Part shown: in pieces, positions 1 through 8,325 of the stretch
Layout of the letters: every line of letters starts with the position of its first letter
Numbering within the stretch: position 1 is the stretch's first letter
Virus record (IMG/VR): IMGVR_UViG_3300047491_000255
Coordinates: 60,819-124,818 of that record
Length of the DNA: 64,000 nucleotides
Direction: 5' to 3' (one strand)
Source: a virus
Taxonomy: Duplodnaviria; Caudoviricetes
Translations under genes and position numbers: made by a program
The notes under the pieces: model-generated
What the model was told of the DNA's origin: nothing
What the model saw: the letters and a program-made list of their open reading frames with translations, nothing else
The model's database searches: none

Positions 1-99
1 TTGCCTGTTAGTGTTTTTCAGGAAAGATTTACGAGGCCAACCTGAGTCCTCGGCATGTCATCAGGTTTCAACACCACACGTCGAATACCTTACGCCCCC

Positions 100-113
100 A
101 TTATCAAAGAACA
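100..113 (-). promoter_or_regulatory. boxA-like antitermination motif TGTTCTTTGATAAT
   Basis: Resembles rRNA-operon boxA (TGCTCTTTAACA / TGTTCTTTGAAAA). Lies in non-coding sequence downstream of a phage promoter motif. Confidence 0.45.
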
Positions 114-323
114 GTCGGGCTTTCATGCACCCGATGAGAGGTTTCGGACTAAGCCTACTTCCAGCAGATTGTTACGTCACTTCTTTATACTCGGTTGGCA
201 ACCAGAACAATCAACAGTTTCGCCGACGATTACCGAGTTGAACATCGCTCCTACCTTGCAGCAGCTAGGCAACCTGCATCATCGAGCGGAATACCGATGT
301 CCATCTATCCACTCGTCATCATT

Positions 324-348
324 ACATTACCAGATTCCTTCCAGAATA
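324..348 (-). promoter_or_regulatory. phage promoter motif TATTC-N11-(C/T)GGTAATGT
   Basis: One of 7 copies with an invariant 11-nt spacer, all at or next to gene boundaries and on the coding strand. Confidence 0.7.
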
Positions 349-405
349 CAATAAAAAATTTTTGGTGACCTCTCCCTCCCGTCAAGCAGTACCAGAAGCA
401 TCTGG

Positions 406-603
406 CTACTTTAGCCCTAAGTTGGGTGTATCGTCGTCCGCAAAGAAAACGTCATGGCATTCCCACGCTGGAGGCCCGCAGTGGTAGCAGTTGGTTTTAG
501 GATCGTCTGGGTCTTGGTTCCTGTCGGAACACGTCTTGCATGGGTCAGGAACACCCAGCAAGGCGTCCGATGCTACCTTCATCTGCTCGATTCGCTCACT
601 CAT
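406..603 (-). CDS. small hypothetical Cys-rich cassette protein
   Basis: 65-aa ORF whose N-terminus (MSERIEQMKVASDALLG) is read from an attC-like repeat. Confidence 0.55.
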   Translation of the reverse strand: MSERIEQMKVASDALLGVPDPCKTCSDRNQDPDDPKTNCYHCGPPAWECHDVFFADDDTPNLGLK

Positions 604-629
604 TTCGGAGCCTCAACCTTGTGTTCTGT
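553..629 (+). repeat. attC-like site (degenerate R'')
   Basis: Near-copy of 1279-1355 and 56324-56401. Imperfect palindrome ending GTTCTGT. Confidence 0.6.
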
Positions 630-867
630 ATGTACTCTTCGAGATACGCTTGGCAGATTCGACGCATTTCCATCCAAGACTGGCGGCCTGCCTTGCGACC
701 GTACATGAGCCGTAGTTGCACGTTCGGAGGCGCGGCCAAGAACATGCGTTGATATGGGTGCAGAACCATTTGCTCCTCCGTATGCCGGGGAGTGGCAGGC
801 GTTTCAGGTGCGGTCATTTCGGTTCTCCTCGCTCCCCGGAAACGGAGAGCACGGTGTTCGGCGCTAC

Positions 868-1053
868 TCATTTCGGCATCACTCGCAATTCGGACCACAG
901 TGCGTCCCAATAGGTCGCCTTCGGTCCGCTGGTGAACTTGTTGAACGCCCTCGCCTCTAAATAGGGCTGCATGAGCAACAACAGCGACGGCCCGACAACC
1001 AGCAGCGCAAGCACGATGAATACAAAACTTATCTTCACATCTTCCTTGTTCAT
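868..1053 (-). CDS. small membrane protein
   Basis: 61 aa, GAAAGGA RBS, one hydrophobic helix. Confidence 0.65.
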   Translation of the reverse strand: MNKEDVKISFVFIVLALLVVGPSLLLLMQPYLEARAFNKFTSGPKATYWDALWSELRVMPK

Positions 1054-1076
1054 CGTCGTTTCCTTTCAAAGCGGAG

Positions 1077-1134
1077 CGCCAACAAGGCGCTCCAGTTGAC
1101 TCACTTCGCTTGCAACTGAGTTTTGTCGTTCGGC
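1077..1134 (+). repeat. attC-like integron cassette recombination site
   Basis: CGCCAAC-AAGGC-GCTCCAGTTG...CAACTGAGT-TTTGTC-GTTCGGC: R''/L''/L'/R' architecture with an extra base in L''. Confidence 0.75.
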
Positions 1135-1328
1135 GTCACGAGTACTTGCGTGACCTTGCCACGTCCTTCCGCCTCGGCACGCTTGTAGTGGTCTGGCGAG
1201 CACATGCGGACGACCAACTCAGACGGGTACAGGTGGCGATATTCGCTTTTCTCGGCGTCCCACCACGCCCACAGAACCGCCGAACCAGGCGTTTGAGGGC
1301 TACCTTCATTCTTCGCTTCGCTCGTCAT
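1101..1328 (-). CDS. hypothetical cassette protein
   Basis: 75 aa. Start and stop both fall inside flanking attC-like sites. Confidence 0.65.
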   Translation of the reverse strand: MTSEAKNEGSPQTPGSAVLWAWWDAEKSEYRHLYPSELVVRMCSPDHYKRAEAEGRGKVTQVLVTPNDKTQLQAK

Positions 1329-1355
1329 TTCGGAGCCTCAACTCTCTCGTAGGGC
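1279..1355 (+). repeat. attC-like site
   Basis: GCCGAAC...GTAGGGC. Shares the CATTTCGGAGCCTCAAC core with 553-629 and 56324-56401. Confidence 0.65.
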
Positions 1356-1612
1356 GAAACCACGACGCGCTCAGTACGCTCGATGATCCGATGCCGATAC
1401 GTTTCGCCATGTCCGCGATTTGTTTCACATTCATGTCTCAGTTTGTGAATAGCTTCTTGCAGCGCCTTGCACTCTGGGATGTCCGGGTCGGCATACCATC
1501 CATCGCGGCAGTCGGGTCTTGCCTCTTGGACGACGAATCGCCGAACCAAGCGGTCCAGCGGATGAGCGCCAACGGCGTCATTCGCAAATGGTGGCTTTGT
1601 GGTGGCGCTCAT
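1325..1612 (-). CDS. hypothetical cassette protein
   Basis: 95 aa with ATGA overlaps at both ends. C-terminal VEAPK is attC-encoded. Confidence 0.65.
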   Translation of the reverse strand: MSATTKPPFANDAVGAHPLDRLVRRFVVQEARPDCRDGWYADPDIPECKALQEAIHKLRHECETNRGHGETYRHRIIERTERVVVSPYERVEAPK

Positions 1613-1633
1613 CGCTGACCTTTCTCGTTCGGC
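1540..1633 (+). repeat. attC-like integron cassette recombination site
   Basis: GCCGAAC-CAAGC-GGTCCAGCGGATGAGCGCC...GGCGCTCATCGCTGACC-TTTCTC-GTTCGGC, a long palindrome with extrahelical bases. Confidence 0.8.
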
Positions 1634-1833
1634 AACTCAATGCACGCGCCTATGGCGTTCCCGCCTGGTGTCGGAAACGTGTCGCCGCAAAACCACTTCC
1701 ACCCGTCTCGGATTCGCGTCCAGTGCCCACCGTTGAAGGCGTGCGCTTTGGTGCCAATCGGGTAGTCGTTCCAGTCACGATCCTTCCACAGTCTGGCCGA
1801 ACCAGACGGTTGAAAAAATTCACTACCGCTCAA
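1609..1833 (-). CDS. hypothetical cassette protein
   Basis: 74 aa, GGAGG RBS, Trp-rich. Confidence 0.65.
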   Translation of the reverse strand: MSGSEFFQPSGSARLWKDRDWNDYPIGTKAHAFNGGHWTRIRDGWKWFCGDTFPTPGGNAIGACIELPNEKGQR

Positions 1834-1854
1834 TGCTTACCTCCTTGTTCTCAA

Positions 1855-2073
1855 TCATAGCCACAGCCGCACCGCCTTTCCGTGTCTCGGATGCTGTTCA
1901 TTGACTCGCACAGTTTCAACGGTTGTCTCGAATACGTTTGGCACGCCGCAGGTCATATTCGAGTCTTGATCTGGCAATGTGCTACCAGTACAGGTCACTT
2001 CGATGTTCCCGTGTTCTTTGCGGACGCGCCGCAGTTCTTCGATCAGTTGGTCAATCTTCATGCTGTCCTCCAT
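1855..2073 (-). CDS. hypothetical protein
   Basis: 72-aa ORF. GGAGG precedes MKIDQLIEEL. Confidence 0.65.
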   Translation of the reverse strand: MEDSMKIDQLIEELRRVRKEHGNIEVTCTGSTLPDQDSNMTCGVPNVFETTVETVRVNEQHPRHGKAVRLWL

Positions 2074-2091
2074 TTGTTGCGAACAACCGCG

Positions 2092-2424
2092 TCACTCTTC
2101 CACCTGGTACATCGTCTTCCCGTTGCTTTGCATGCGCATTTCAACGACCCCCGCGCCCATTACCGCGATGTACTCGCGGCCGGTGTCCACGTCGCGCAGC
2201 ACAAGGATGTCGCGGCTATGCCCTTCAGCGTCGTTGATGACCTGAGCAGACGTGACGTTGAACCTTCCGCTCTGCTCGGCCTTCAGCTTCTCGTTGCTCA
2301 CTGGCGTCGGGTCGGAACACCCGGCCAACAAGGCGCTGGTAACTACGGCGATAGTACACCCGGTAAACAAGGCGCTGGTAACTACGGCGATAGTACACCC
2401 AGCAAACGTGATTCTCCTGTTCAT
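2092..2424 (-). CDS. putative lipoprotein
   Basis: Hydrophobic N-terminus with LLAGC lipobox. Signal region contains a tandem duplication (GCTIAVVTSAL twice). Confidence 0.65.
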   Translation of the reverse strand: MNRRITFAGCTIAVVTSALFTGCTIAVVTSALLAGCSDPTPVSNEKLKAEQSGRFNVTSAQVINDAEGHSRDILVLRDVDTGREYIAVMGAGVVEMRMQSNGKTMYQVEE

Positions 2425-2472
2425 GCGTTCCTTTCTGGCGTCTGCCGCCGAGTTTCAGCTTTGTCGTTACAG
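2323..2472 (+). repeat. attC-like site with internal tandem duplication
   Basis: GGCCAAC-AAGGC-GCTGGTAACTACGGCG pairs with CGCCGAGTTTCAGC-TTTGTC-GTTACAG. Left arm is duplicated. Confidence 0.55.
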
Positions 2473-2589
2473 ATCGAGCCTTCCGTCCGCTTGTTAGCGG
2501 GGTCATAGTGGAAAACCTAGCGTACAGACCTTTCGGCCACTCCCGCAGGTAAATCAAATGACTGTCTCTCCAGCCTGTCACCGATCTCC

Positions 2590-3072
2590 TTTATCTCGAC
2601 TGGCTACCTTACAGTGCTACGGTCGCCGTCACCAGTCAAAGTCCGATTTCCACAGACGCCCTTTCAGGTCGAACACGACTGACGGAATACCTTTTCAGTC
2701 TTTGGGAGCTTTTCATTCCCGTTTCCGTCATCGGGTTCGGGACAATCGATTTCCCCTCTAGGGAAATCGACTACCTCCCCACCATCCAATCATCGGGATT
2801 CTCTGCTATATTCGTTTTAGGTTCGTATTGATAAAGACCAGCATATCCTTCCCGATTTCGTGAGCCATTAGCGACCTCTTCTACCTAACTAATCTCAGGA
2901 AGGGATCATCTCCCCCCTGATTTAGCTTCGACCTGCTCACAGGCGGGCTTGGAACCGCCTTGCCGCATTACTGGCCCGACATTGCCTCTTCCGGGTGTTA
3001 CTCCGGACGTACAGTCGGCCAGTCCTCTGCGATTACTGACAACCAATAAGGTGTCAGTCACCTCAAGATTAA
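2590..3072 (-). ncRNA. putative structured non-coding RNA(s)
   Basis: No credible ORF. Many helices: TCGATTTCCC/GGGAAATCGA, GACTGA/TCAGTC, GACTGG/CCAGTC, CTGGCC/GGCCAG, TAATCTT/GAGATTA. Confidence 0.45.
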
Positions 3073-3074
3073 AA

Positions 3075-3525
3075 ACTGGCAGGACGGATTCTCGCCGTCG
3101 CACTTGTCTCCCTCATCCTCATCCGCCTCCAAAAAACAGCCTTTTATTTGAGAAGCCATTAACTTAGAGGTCTTACTGATGTTTTTTGAGATCATCGACT
3201 CTTTTTTTATTTTGCCCAAGAGGACGAACCTCCATGTTTACTATTGCACCCGACAAGAGGCATCGTTAGCCTTGCCCAAATTTCCCCCCGCTTCACCACC
3301 CTTGTTCCCTACGACTTGCGCCCGGATTGCTCCGTGTCACAGTCTCGGAGGGGGTGTGGCAGCCATTCAGGTTCCTTCGAGACCCTGTAGCCTTTTACTA
3401 CCCTTGCCTGTGTGTGCCGCCTGTTTTCAGACGGCTGACCGTGTTTCGGAATTACCCTACTTTGCGGATTTTTAGCGCATTGGGACTTCATGCGCAGACA
3501 CGTTAAATGCCGTGTCACTACCAGT
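3075..3525 (-). ncRNA. putative ~450-nt structured RNA with tRNA-like 3' end
   Basis: Terminal helix ACTGGTAG/CTGCCAGT, immediately preceded by a T-arm-like GACGG-CGAGAAT-CCGTC. Follows a boxA-like motif. Confidence 0.5.
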
Positions 3526-3530
3526 AAAAA

Positions 3531-3547
3531 TCAGTTTTCAAAGAGCA
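3531..3547 (-). promoter_or_regulatory. boxA-like motif TGCTCTTTGAAAACTGA
   Basis: Close match to bacterial rRNA-operon boxA/spacer sequence. Confidence 0.6.
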
Positions 3548-3640
3548 TCGAGCGTCTCGGGTCCAATTTCATAACCCGACTTGAGCCGCTTCTCAGTCCA
3601 ATCGGTTTCCCGATCTTAGCTCCACGGCTGATACTCGAAA

Positions 3641-3978
3641 GGACTTTGTGATGGCGTGCTGTTACGCCAAAGAATCCACCATGCGGTTGAGTATGGCCTA
3701 CGTCAAAATCGCGGTCCGCACGAACATTTTTGACGCCGGGAGCCGCAACCTCCTTCGCCACACAACAGGGCAGTACACTCTACCGCACCCCCGATGGCTC
3801 CGGCATGATCTTTCGATCTTCCGTCTCTTCGAGATGCAAGACATCCGGTTCCGTCCGGCCTACCCAATCCCCGTTGCGCCACTCCGAATAGCCGCTATTC
3901 CAACGGCACTCACGTAGTGATTCTCAGCGATGCACTCATTAAGGTGGCTGCCTCTAAGCCCACCACCATCACTAGTCC
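3641..3978 (-). ncRNA. 23S rRNA GTPase-associated-centre (H42-H44) mimic with large insertion
   Basis: GGCTTAGAGGCAGCCACC (H43-like) near the 5' end, GGCGTAACAGC (H44-like) near the 3' end, closed by GTGATGG/CCATCAC. Confidence 0.65.
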
Positions 3979-3994
3979 AAATTGTCAAAGAACA
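3977..3994 (-). promoter_or_regulatory. boxA-like motif TGTTCTTTGACAATTTGG
   Basis: rRNA-operon-like boxA directly upstream of the H43/H44 mimic. Confidence 0.6.
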
Positions 3995-4044
3995 TGTGAA
4001 GCCACGATCCATACCGTCCCAGGTTCGGGCTGACCCTACTACTG

Positions 4045-4200
4045 ACTGGAATTGAACCAGCTTTGTCGCCTCACACTCAGATTCTCTATTGAGGATTCTG
4101 GATGGCCGCTAAACCCTTCTCCATCGCCTCACTCTCCTGTCTTGTTGACCGCTAAGCCAATGACTCGGTTTGCTATGGCAACGCCAAAATCCTCAGTAGA
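4045..4200 (-). ncRNA. structured leader RNA: long hairpin plus isolated T-arm
   Basis: TCTACTGAGGATTTTGG/CCAGAATCCTCAATAGA helix and GCTGG-TTCAATT-CCAGT T-loop hairpin. Confidence 0.4.
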
Positions 4201-4216
4201 ACATCCTCACATCCAT

Positions 4217-4241
4217 ACATTACCGATTCTTTTTCAGAATA
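4217..4241 (-). promoter_or_regulatory. phage promoter motif TATTC-N11-CGGTAATGT
   Basis: Repeated bipartite motif at the head of the ncRNA block. Confidence 0.75.
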
Positions 4242-4687
4242 CGGGAAAAAAATGTTTTTTTCTTTTGAGTCTCTTCGACGTTCTCGTCGATGGTGACGAC
4301 ATTGTCCGGTCCCCGTTCAGACTCCACAGTAGGCTCAATCTCTAGGTCTGCCGCCTTCACACCATCTTCGATCTTGTCTGGAGCTGTGCCCTTCGGCTTC
4401 GATCCTGCGATATTCAAAATCAGCTCTCCAAGCTTTGTATCGATCACACGACCCGGAACGATCTCCTCGCCATCCTGACGCCGCTTCTCCGTGTCTATCT
4501 TATGAGCTTCGATCTGATGCCTGTAAGACCAATTACGAACCCCTTCCTTCCATTCCCCATCAATCAGGACATCCAGACGATACCTCTTATCAGGATTGTT
4601 TCTCTGAATGTTTCGCTTCTTCCGAATCGCATTGGCACGAGCTTGCTTTTTCTGCCACCTCTTACGCTCTACTCTTGTCTGACCCAT
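4220..4687 (-). CDS. hypothetical protein, basic N-terminus
   Basis: 155 aa, AGGAGG RBS. Confidence 0.8.
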   Translation of the reverse strand: MGQTRVERKRWQKKQARANAIRKKRNIQRNNPDKRYRLDVLIDGEWKEGVRNWSYRHQIEAHKIDTEKRRQDGEEIVPGRVIDTKLGELILNIAGSKPKGTAPDKIEDGVKAADLEIEPTVESERGPDNVVTIDENVEETQKKKTFFSRILKKNR

Positions 4688-4742
4688 ATTGCCATCCTCC
4701 TAGATAATTCGTTCGAGATTGACTATATCAACCAACACGAAC

Positions 4743-4751
4743 ATTATACGC
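4743..4751 (-). promoter_or_regulatory. GCGTATAAT -10-type promoter element
   Basis: Same 9-mer is intergenic at 13076-13084 and 47296-47304. Confidence 0.55.
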
Positions 4752-4819
4752 GGAAGGCAAAATATTTTGAAATAAAAATCTACCACTCTTTTTGCGGTCC
4801 TCTTATCCGACCATATATT

Positions 4820-5182
4820 TTATCGGAGTTGAGATATTCCGCTTTCAGTAAGCCGTCTTTCGATCTCTGGTGTCATTGGAAGATCGGCAATTCCTGTTGC
4901 AAACACGGAACCGTCTCCATTTCCTCCCATAAACACACCAGATGATATGACGTTGCCCATACGACCAGCTTCCCTGCGAGCAAATGTACTCGCTCGATCT
5001 GCCAACTTATTAGACCGAGAAACATTCAAAGCCGTCTTTGCAGATTCAGGAATGATTGCTAATACATATACCTTAGCCTCATCTTCATTCCGAACCCAAC
5101 ACAATTTTACTCCCGACATAGCACAAGATAATGAAGACATCATATTTTTCACAGTCATATTGCCCTCCTTCCATTTCTTCAA
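4820..5182 (-). CDS. hypothetical protein
   Basis: 120-aa ORF coupled to the upstream gene. Confidence 0.7.
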   Translation of the reverse strand: MKKWKEGNMTVKNMMSSLSCAMSGVKLCWVRNEDEAKVYVLAIIPESAKTALNVSRSNKLADRASTFARREAGRMGNVISSGVFMGGNGDGSVFATGIADLPMTPEIERRLTESGISQLR

Positions 5183-6171
5183 TTCATCATGCCACGTTCA
5201 AAACACTCATGAATATCAAGCTTGAACTTCGTATGCTTTCGATCTTCCAGCTCAATGTCTGTGTAATTGTCCTTAGCCTTTGGAGATTCTTTCCATCCAT
5301 TCCCTCCACAAGTCTCTCCAACCTGTTTACCCGTTGTAAAGACGAGATCATTCCTGCCCGCTCCAACATGAAGCACACTGTCCTGATTGTACTTATTTCC
5401 GAGTTCTTCAAGCATTTTCCGGCGACTCTTGCTTTCATCACCATCCTTGTGATGAACCATCAAGGACTTTTGTGTTTTTGGCGTTAGCTCGGTATCGTCA
5501 TGAAACACTAGGAACGTGCTCTCTGGACCACCATAATGACCTACAACCTCGGTGTATGGAAGACCAGCCCTCTCTAAATCAATTCTAAGTTTTTCATGTC
5601 TCTTGTGGAAAAACTCATCATCAGGTGCCATACCTGCTTCCTTTGGAAAATTCTTGTTTCTGCCAGCAGAAATAAGCGTGAAATGACCCTTTGTGAGAGT
5701 ATCTACTAGCTTCGGCTTGCTTAACGGAATATACGCCTTGTATTGAATTCTCTTCTTTGGCTTAGGATCAGCCGTCTCATCCTTCTTCGTTGGCATCGTC
5801 ACTTTAGACTTATTTTGTTGTGCGTCAGGAGATTTCCCCTCTGGAGGAGCCTTGCGATTCACCACTTTCAGTTTCGTGTCTTTCCTAACATCATGCTCTC
5901 TTTGATATTTATTAAGAGCGTCCTGTGTTGGGAAATCGATACCAACAAATACCCTAGCCACTCGATCAGCTAAAAAGCTCTCGACAATCCTAGATGAAAT
6001 AGCCGCAGTTCTTGAAGCCTTAAAATCCTTAATCAAATCATCAACATACCAAGTATTAACCATATTGTGTGGATCAAGATGATACTTCTCACGATTGTCC
6101 AATGCGTATTCCACAAAATCATCCACATTGAATCTATGATTCTTCGCAACAGTTTCTAATGTATTCCACAT
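5179..6171 (-). CDS. multidomain protein with C-terminal DUF3293-like domain and DFPT module
   Basis: FTLISAGRN...VVGHYGGPESTFLV...LGNKYNQDSVL. Internal LADRVARVF-GIDFPTQDAL is shared with head-module proteins. Confidence 0.65.
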   Translation of the reverse strand: MWNTLETVAKNHRFNVDDFVEYALDNREKYHLDPHNMVNTWYVDDLIKDFKASRTAAISSRIVESFLADRVARVFVGIDFPTQDALNKYQREHDVRKDTKLKVVNRKAPPEGKSPDAQQNKSKVTMPTKKDETADPKPKKRIQYKAYIPLSKPKLVDTLTKGHFTLISAGRNKNFPKEAGMAPDDEFFHKRHEKLRIDLERAGLPYTEVVGHYGGPESTFLVFHDDTELTPKTQKSLMVHHKDGDESKSRRKMLEELGNKYNQDSVLHVGAGRNDLVFTTGKQVGETCGGNGWKESPKAKDNYTDIELEDRKHTKFKLDIHECFERGMMN

Positions 6172-6193
6172 AATAGTTATTCACCTTTCATTC

Positions 6194-6934
6194 TCATGAC
6201 CATCCATCTATCGCTAAAGCATCATGTAAATCATCAATCTGTTGCCGACATCTCAGTTCTAACGCACTTGACTCAGCATGAGCCTTAGAGTAGGGAACAC
6301 CTTGTTCCATGAGATTCCTCTCGTGAATTTCATGTAGGATTACGAATCCACGTTCTTGCCAATTCAAATCGTTATCAATCCACACATCCATAGGCGGGAT
6401 ATACTCATAAACATACTCGTGACCGCCTTGAGTAAAATCTATATGCAAAACACTGCGAACAAGTCGTCCATTGACAACCCATACCTTGACTCCGCTTTCC
6501 AGCGTCTTGATGAGTTTTATTCTGAATAACTTAGGATCAACTATTTTCCGAATGGGATCAATCACTTGTTTAATATCCCCATCCTTCCGACGAATATTCT
6601 TCTCGACCTGATCTGCCTCTACAATGGCTTCCGCATAGGATTTTCCATTGCGCATCAAAGACCATTCTATTTTGAGATGCTCGATGTAATAACTGGACTC
6701 ATCATTTGAGCTTTCCTTGTCCAGCCAAAACTCTGTCTCAGGAATAAACGGGAAACGATAGTGCTGACCAAAATTGGTGAATTCCTCATCGATGTAGGTG
6801 CGAATATATTCGCCATCCACGACCCATACCTTGATTTCCGTATCCTGTGCTTTAGCAGTATCCTTCAATTCGAGACGAGGATATTCCACAGAGGCAACGG
6901 AATCAGCCAATCTTAGAATTCGAGCATTGTCCAT
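6194..6934 (-). CDS. duplicated-domain putative Zn-binding/metalloprotease-like protein
   Basis: Two copies of KVWVVxG..R....FT..G.H..Y.FIP...W.D. LHEIHE...YSKAH in the second copy. Confidence 0.6.
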   Translation of the reverse strand: MDNARILRLADSVASVEYPRLELKDTAKAQDTEIKVWVVDGEYIRTYIDEEFTNFGQHYRFPFIPETEFWLDKESSNDESSYYIEHLKIEWSLMRNGKSYAEAIVEADQVEKNIRRKDGDIKQVIDPIRKIVDPKLFRIKLIKTLESGVKVWVVNGRLVRSVLHIDFTQGGHEYVYEYIPPMDVWIDNDLNWQERGFVILHEIHERNLMEQGVPYSKAHAESSALELRCRQQIDDLHDALAIDGWS

Positions 6935-6962
6935 TCTTATGATCTCCTCCATTAAGGGAAGA

Positions 6963-6977
6963 AATATCAATAAAAAA
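6963..6977 (-). promoter_or_regulatory. candidate late promoter motif TTTTTTATTGATATT
   Basis: Similar T-rich...T(G/T)ATATT motifs lie upstream of structural gene blocks. Confidence 0.45.
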
Positions 6978-7187
6978 TGACAATTAGCGCAGATTATGAT
7001 CTTGCGGTAATCATCTACCCTTGGGTCCGCACTTCTTGAAGTGATCCGGCGGAACCTTCTCTGTTGAACGATGTTGCCCGTTTGGATGCCAGAATCAGAG
7101 CTTCACGACAAGTGCGGGCAACTGCCATGACGAGTTTCGAATCCCTGTCAAGACCATCATTAGGACCGATCTGTTAATATGCTGCCT

Positions 7188-8090
7188 TCATGCTGCAATT
7201 CCATTCGCTTTGGCTGTTTCATACCAATCAATTTGTCCGACCTTAGCCAGGACACGGCAATAATTGCCGGCTACCGCCAGAACTAAACTCTTGACAGCCC
7301 CGGTGTAATCCGTGCTCCACTTCTTCAGACACTCATCGCCATGAGGCAGCATGGTCCTCTTAGAGCGACGATTGACGCTGACGACATTGCCCTCTTTCTC
7401 TTCAAAACCAGGAAGAAACTTCACAACCGGGCACTTGCCATCTTCGGCCAACTTGGCGATTTTCTCAACCAGACCCTTCGACGCACGAGCCGCCAACTGA
7501 TTCCAGCGAGTTTCATCTCCCAGCGGCTGCACTACCATCGGCTCAAACGGCGAGTTGCGAACAGCAACCTCAGCGATCTTCTTGAGGTCAGACAAATTGT
7601 GGTTGACCGCAATCGTCGTATTGATATTCAGCCAGTCCGTCCAACCATTCGCCGTTCCACCACTCACATTGAACGTCACCTTGACGCCGTTGATCTCTGC
7701 AGGGATGTAGGAGTATCCCTTTTCAGGAAGCATCTTGATAGCAGTCCGAGGAATCACGAAGTAGAAATCCATACCAGCTTTCGCCGTCCAGAACTTACTC
7801 CCACTACAGCGATAGTGTTTGAACTCATGGACCACCTTGCCGGAAGCAGCCACATTCGGATGGCTAAACCGAGCCGACGGCTTGTTGACAGTCGCCCCAG
7901 CCCGAACGATCAGATAGTCTCCCGGAGCAATCTCGATCTGATACTGCTCGCCAGGAGTGCCGTCCACGACCAACAGCGTCCCACACTCACTCAGGAGCTT
8001 GGGTTCTGTCATCTTGACCCCGGTAGGGGGAGTAGATTTATCATTCGCATCAATCAGTTTTTGAATGTCGTTCATCATAGTGTCACCCAT
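7188..8090 (-). CDS. hypothetical protein
   Basis: 300-aa ORF on the genome coding strand. Confidence 0.8.
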   Translation of the reverse strand: MGDTMMNDIQKLIDANDKSTPPTGVKMTEPKLLSECGTLLVVDGTPGEQYQIEIAPGDYLIVRAGATVNKPSARFSHPNVAASGKVVHEFKHYRCSGSKFWTAKAGMDFYFVIPRTAIKMLPEKGYSYIPAEINGVKVTFNVSGGTANGWTDWLNINTTIAVNHNLSDLKKIAEVAVRNSPFEPMVVQPLGDETRWNQLAARASKGLVEKIAKLAEDGKCPVVKFLPGFEEKEGNVVSVNRRSKRTMLPHGDECLKKWSTDYTGAVKSLVLAVAGNYCRVLAKVGQIDWYETAKANGIAA

Positions 8091-8093
8091 TCT

Positions 8094-8291
8094 TTACCGA
8101 TAAAATCCAATGATCCACCACGCAGGACAAATCTCATACTTTCCTCCCGAAGCCTGTCGAAACAGATCGTCACAAGCGGCCTTCACATCAAACCACTGAT
8201 CTTCCGGGATAACCTTGACAGCCTGTTCCTTGATTCCGTTAAGGAAATACCACACATCAATAAGATTTTCCATATCATCCCCTTCACCCAT
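8094..8291 (-). CDS. small hypothetical protein
   Basis: 65-aa ORF downstream of the promoter motif. True start is probably MENL. Confidence 0.6.
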   Translation of the reverse strand: MGEGDDMENLIDVWYFLNGIKEQAVKVIPEDQWFDVKAACDDLFRQASGGKYEICPAWWIIGFYR

Positions 8292-8316
8292 ACATTACCG
8301 AAATGGAGCTAGAATA
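8292..8316 (-). promoter_or_regulatory. phage promoter motif TATTC-N11-CGGTAATGT
   Basis: Exact repeat of the bipartite motif. Confidence 0.75.
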
Positions 8317-8325
8317 AGGGAGTAA

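Noticed and set aside
3075-3525. tmRNA
   Set aside because: No GGGG 5' end, G3.U70 pair, canonical TTC T-loop, CCA or recognisable tag ending in AA. Retained only as an unclassified RNA.
3641-3978. Genuine 23S rRNA gene or host contamination
   Set aside because: Only the H43/H44 loops match. Flanks and insert are not rRNA-like, and the context is continuous phage sequence.
7341-8312. Long plus-strand ORFs (also 15133-15885, 56051-57298, 53037-53738, 60217-60888)
   Set aside because: They are antisense shadows of well-supported minus-strand genes or tRNAs, with no RBS or motifs.
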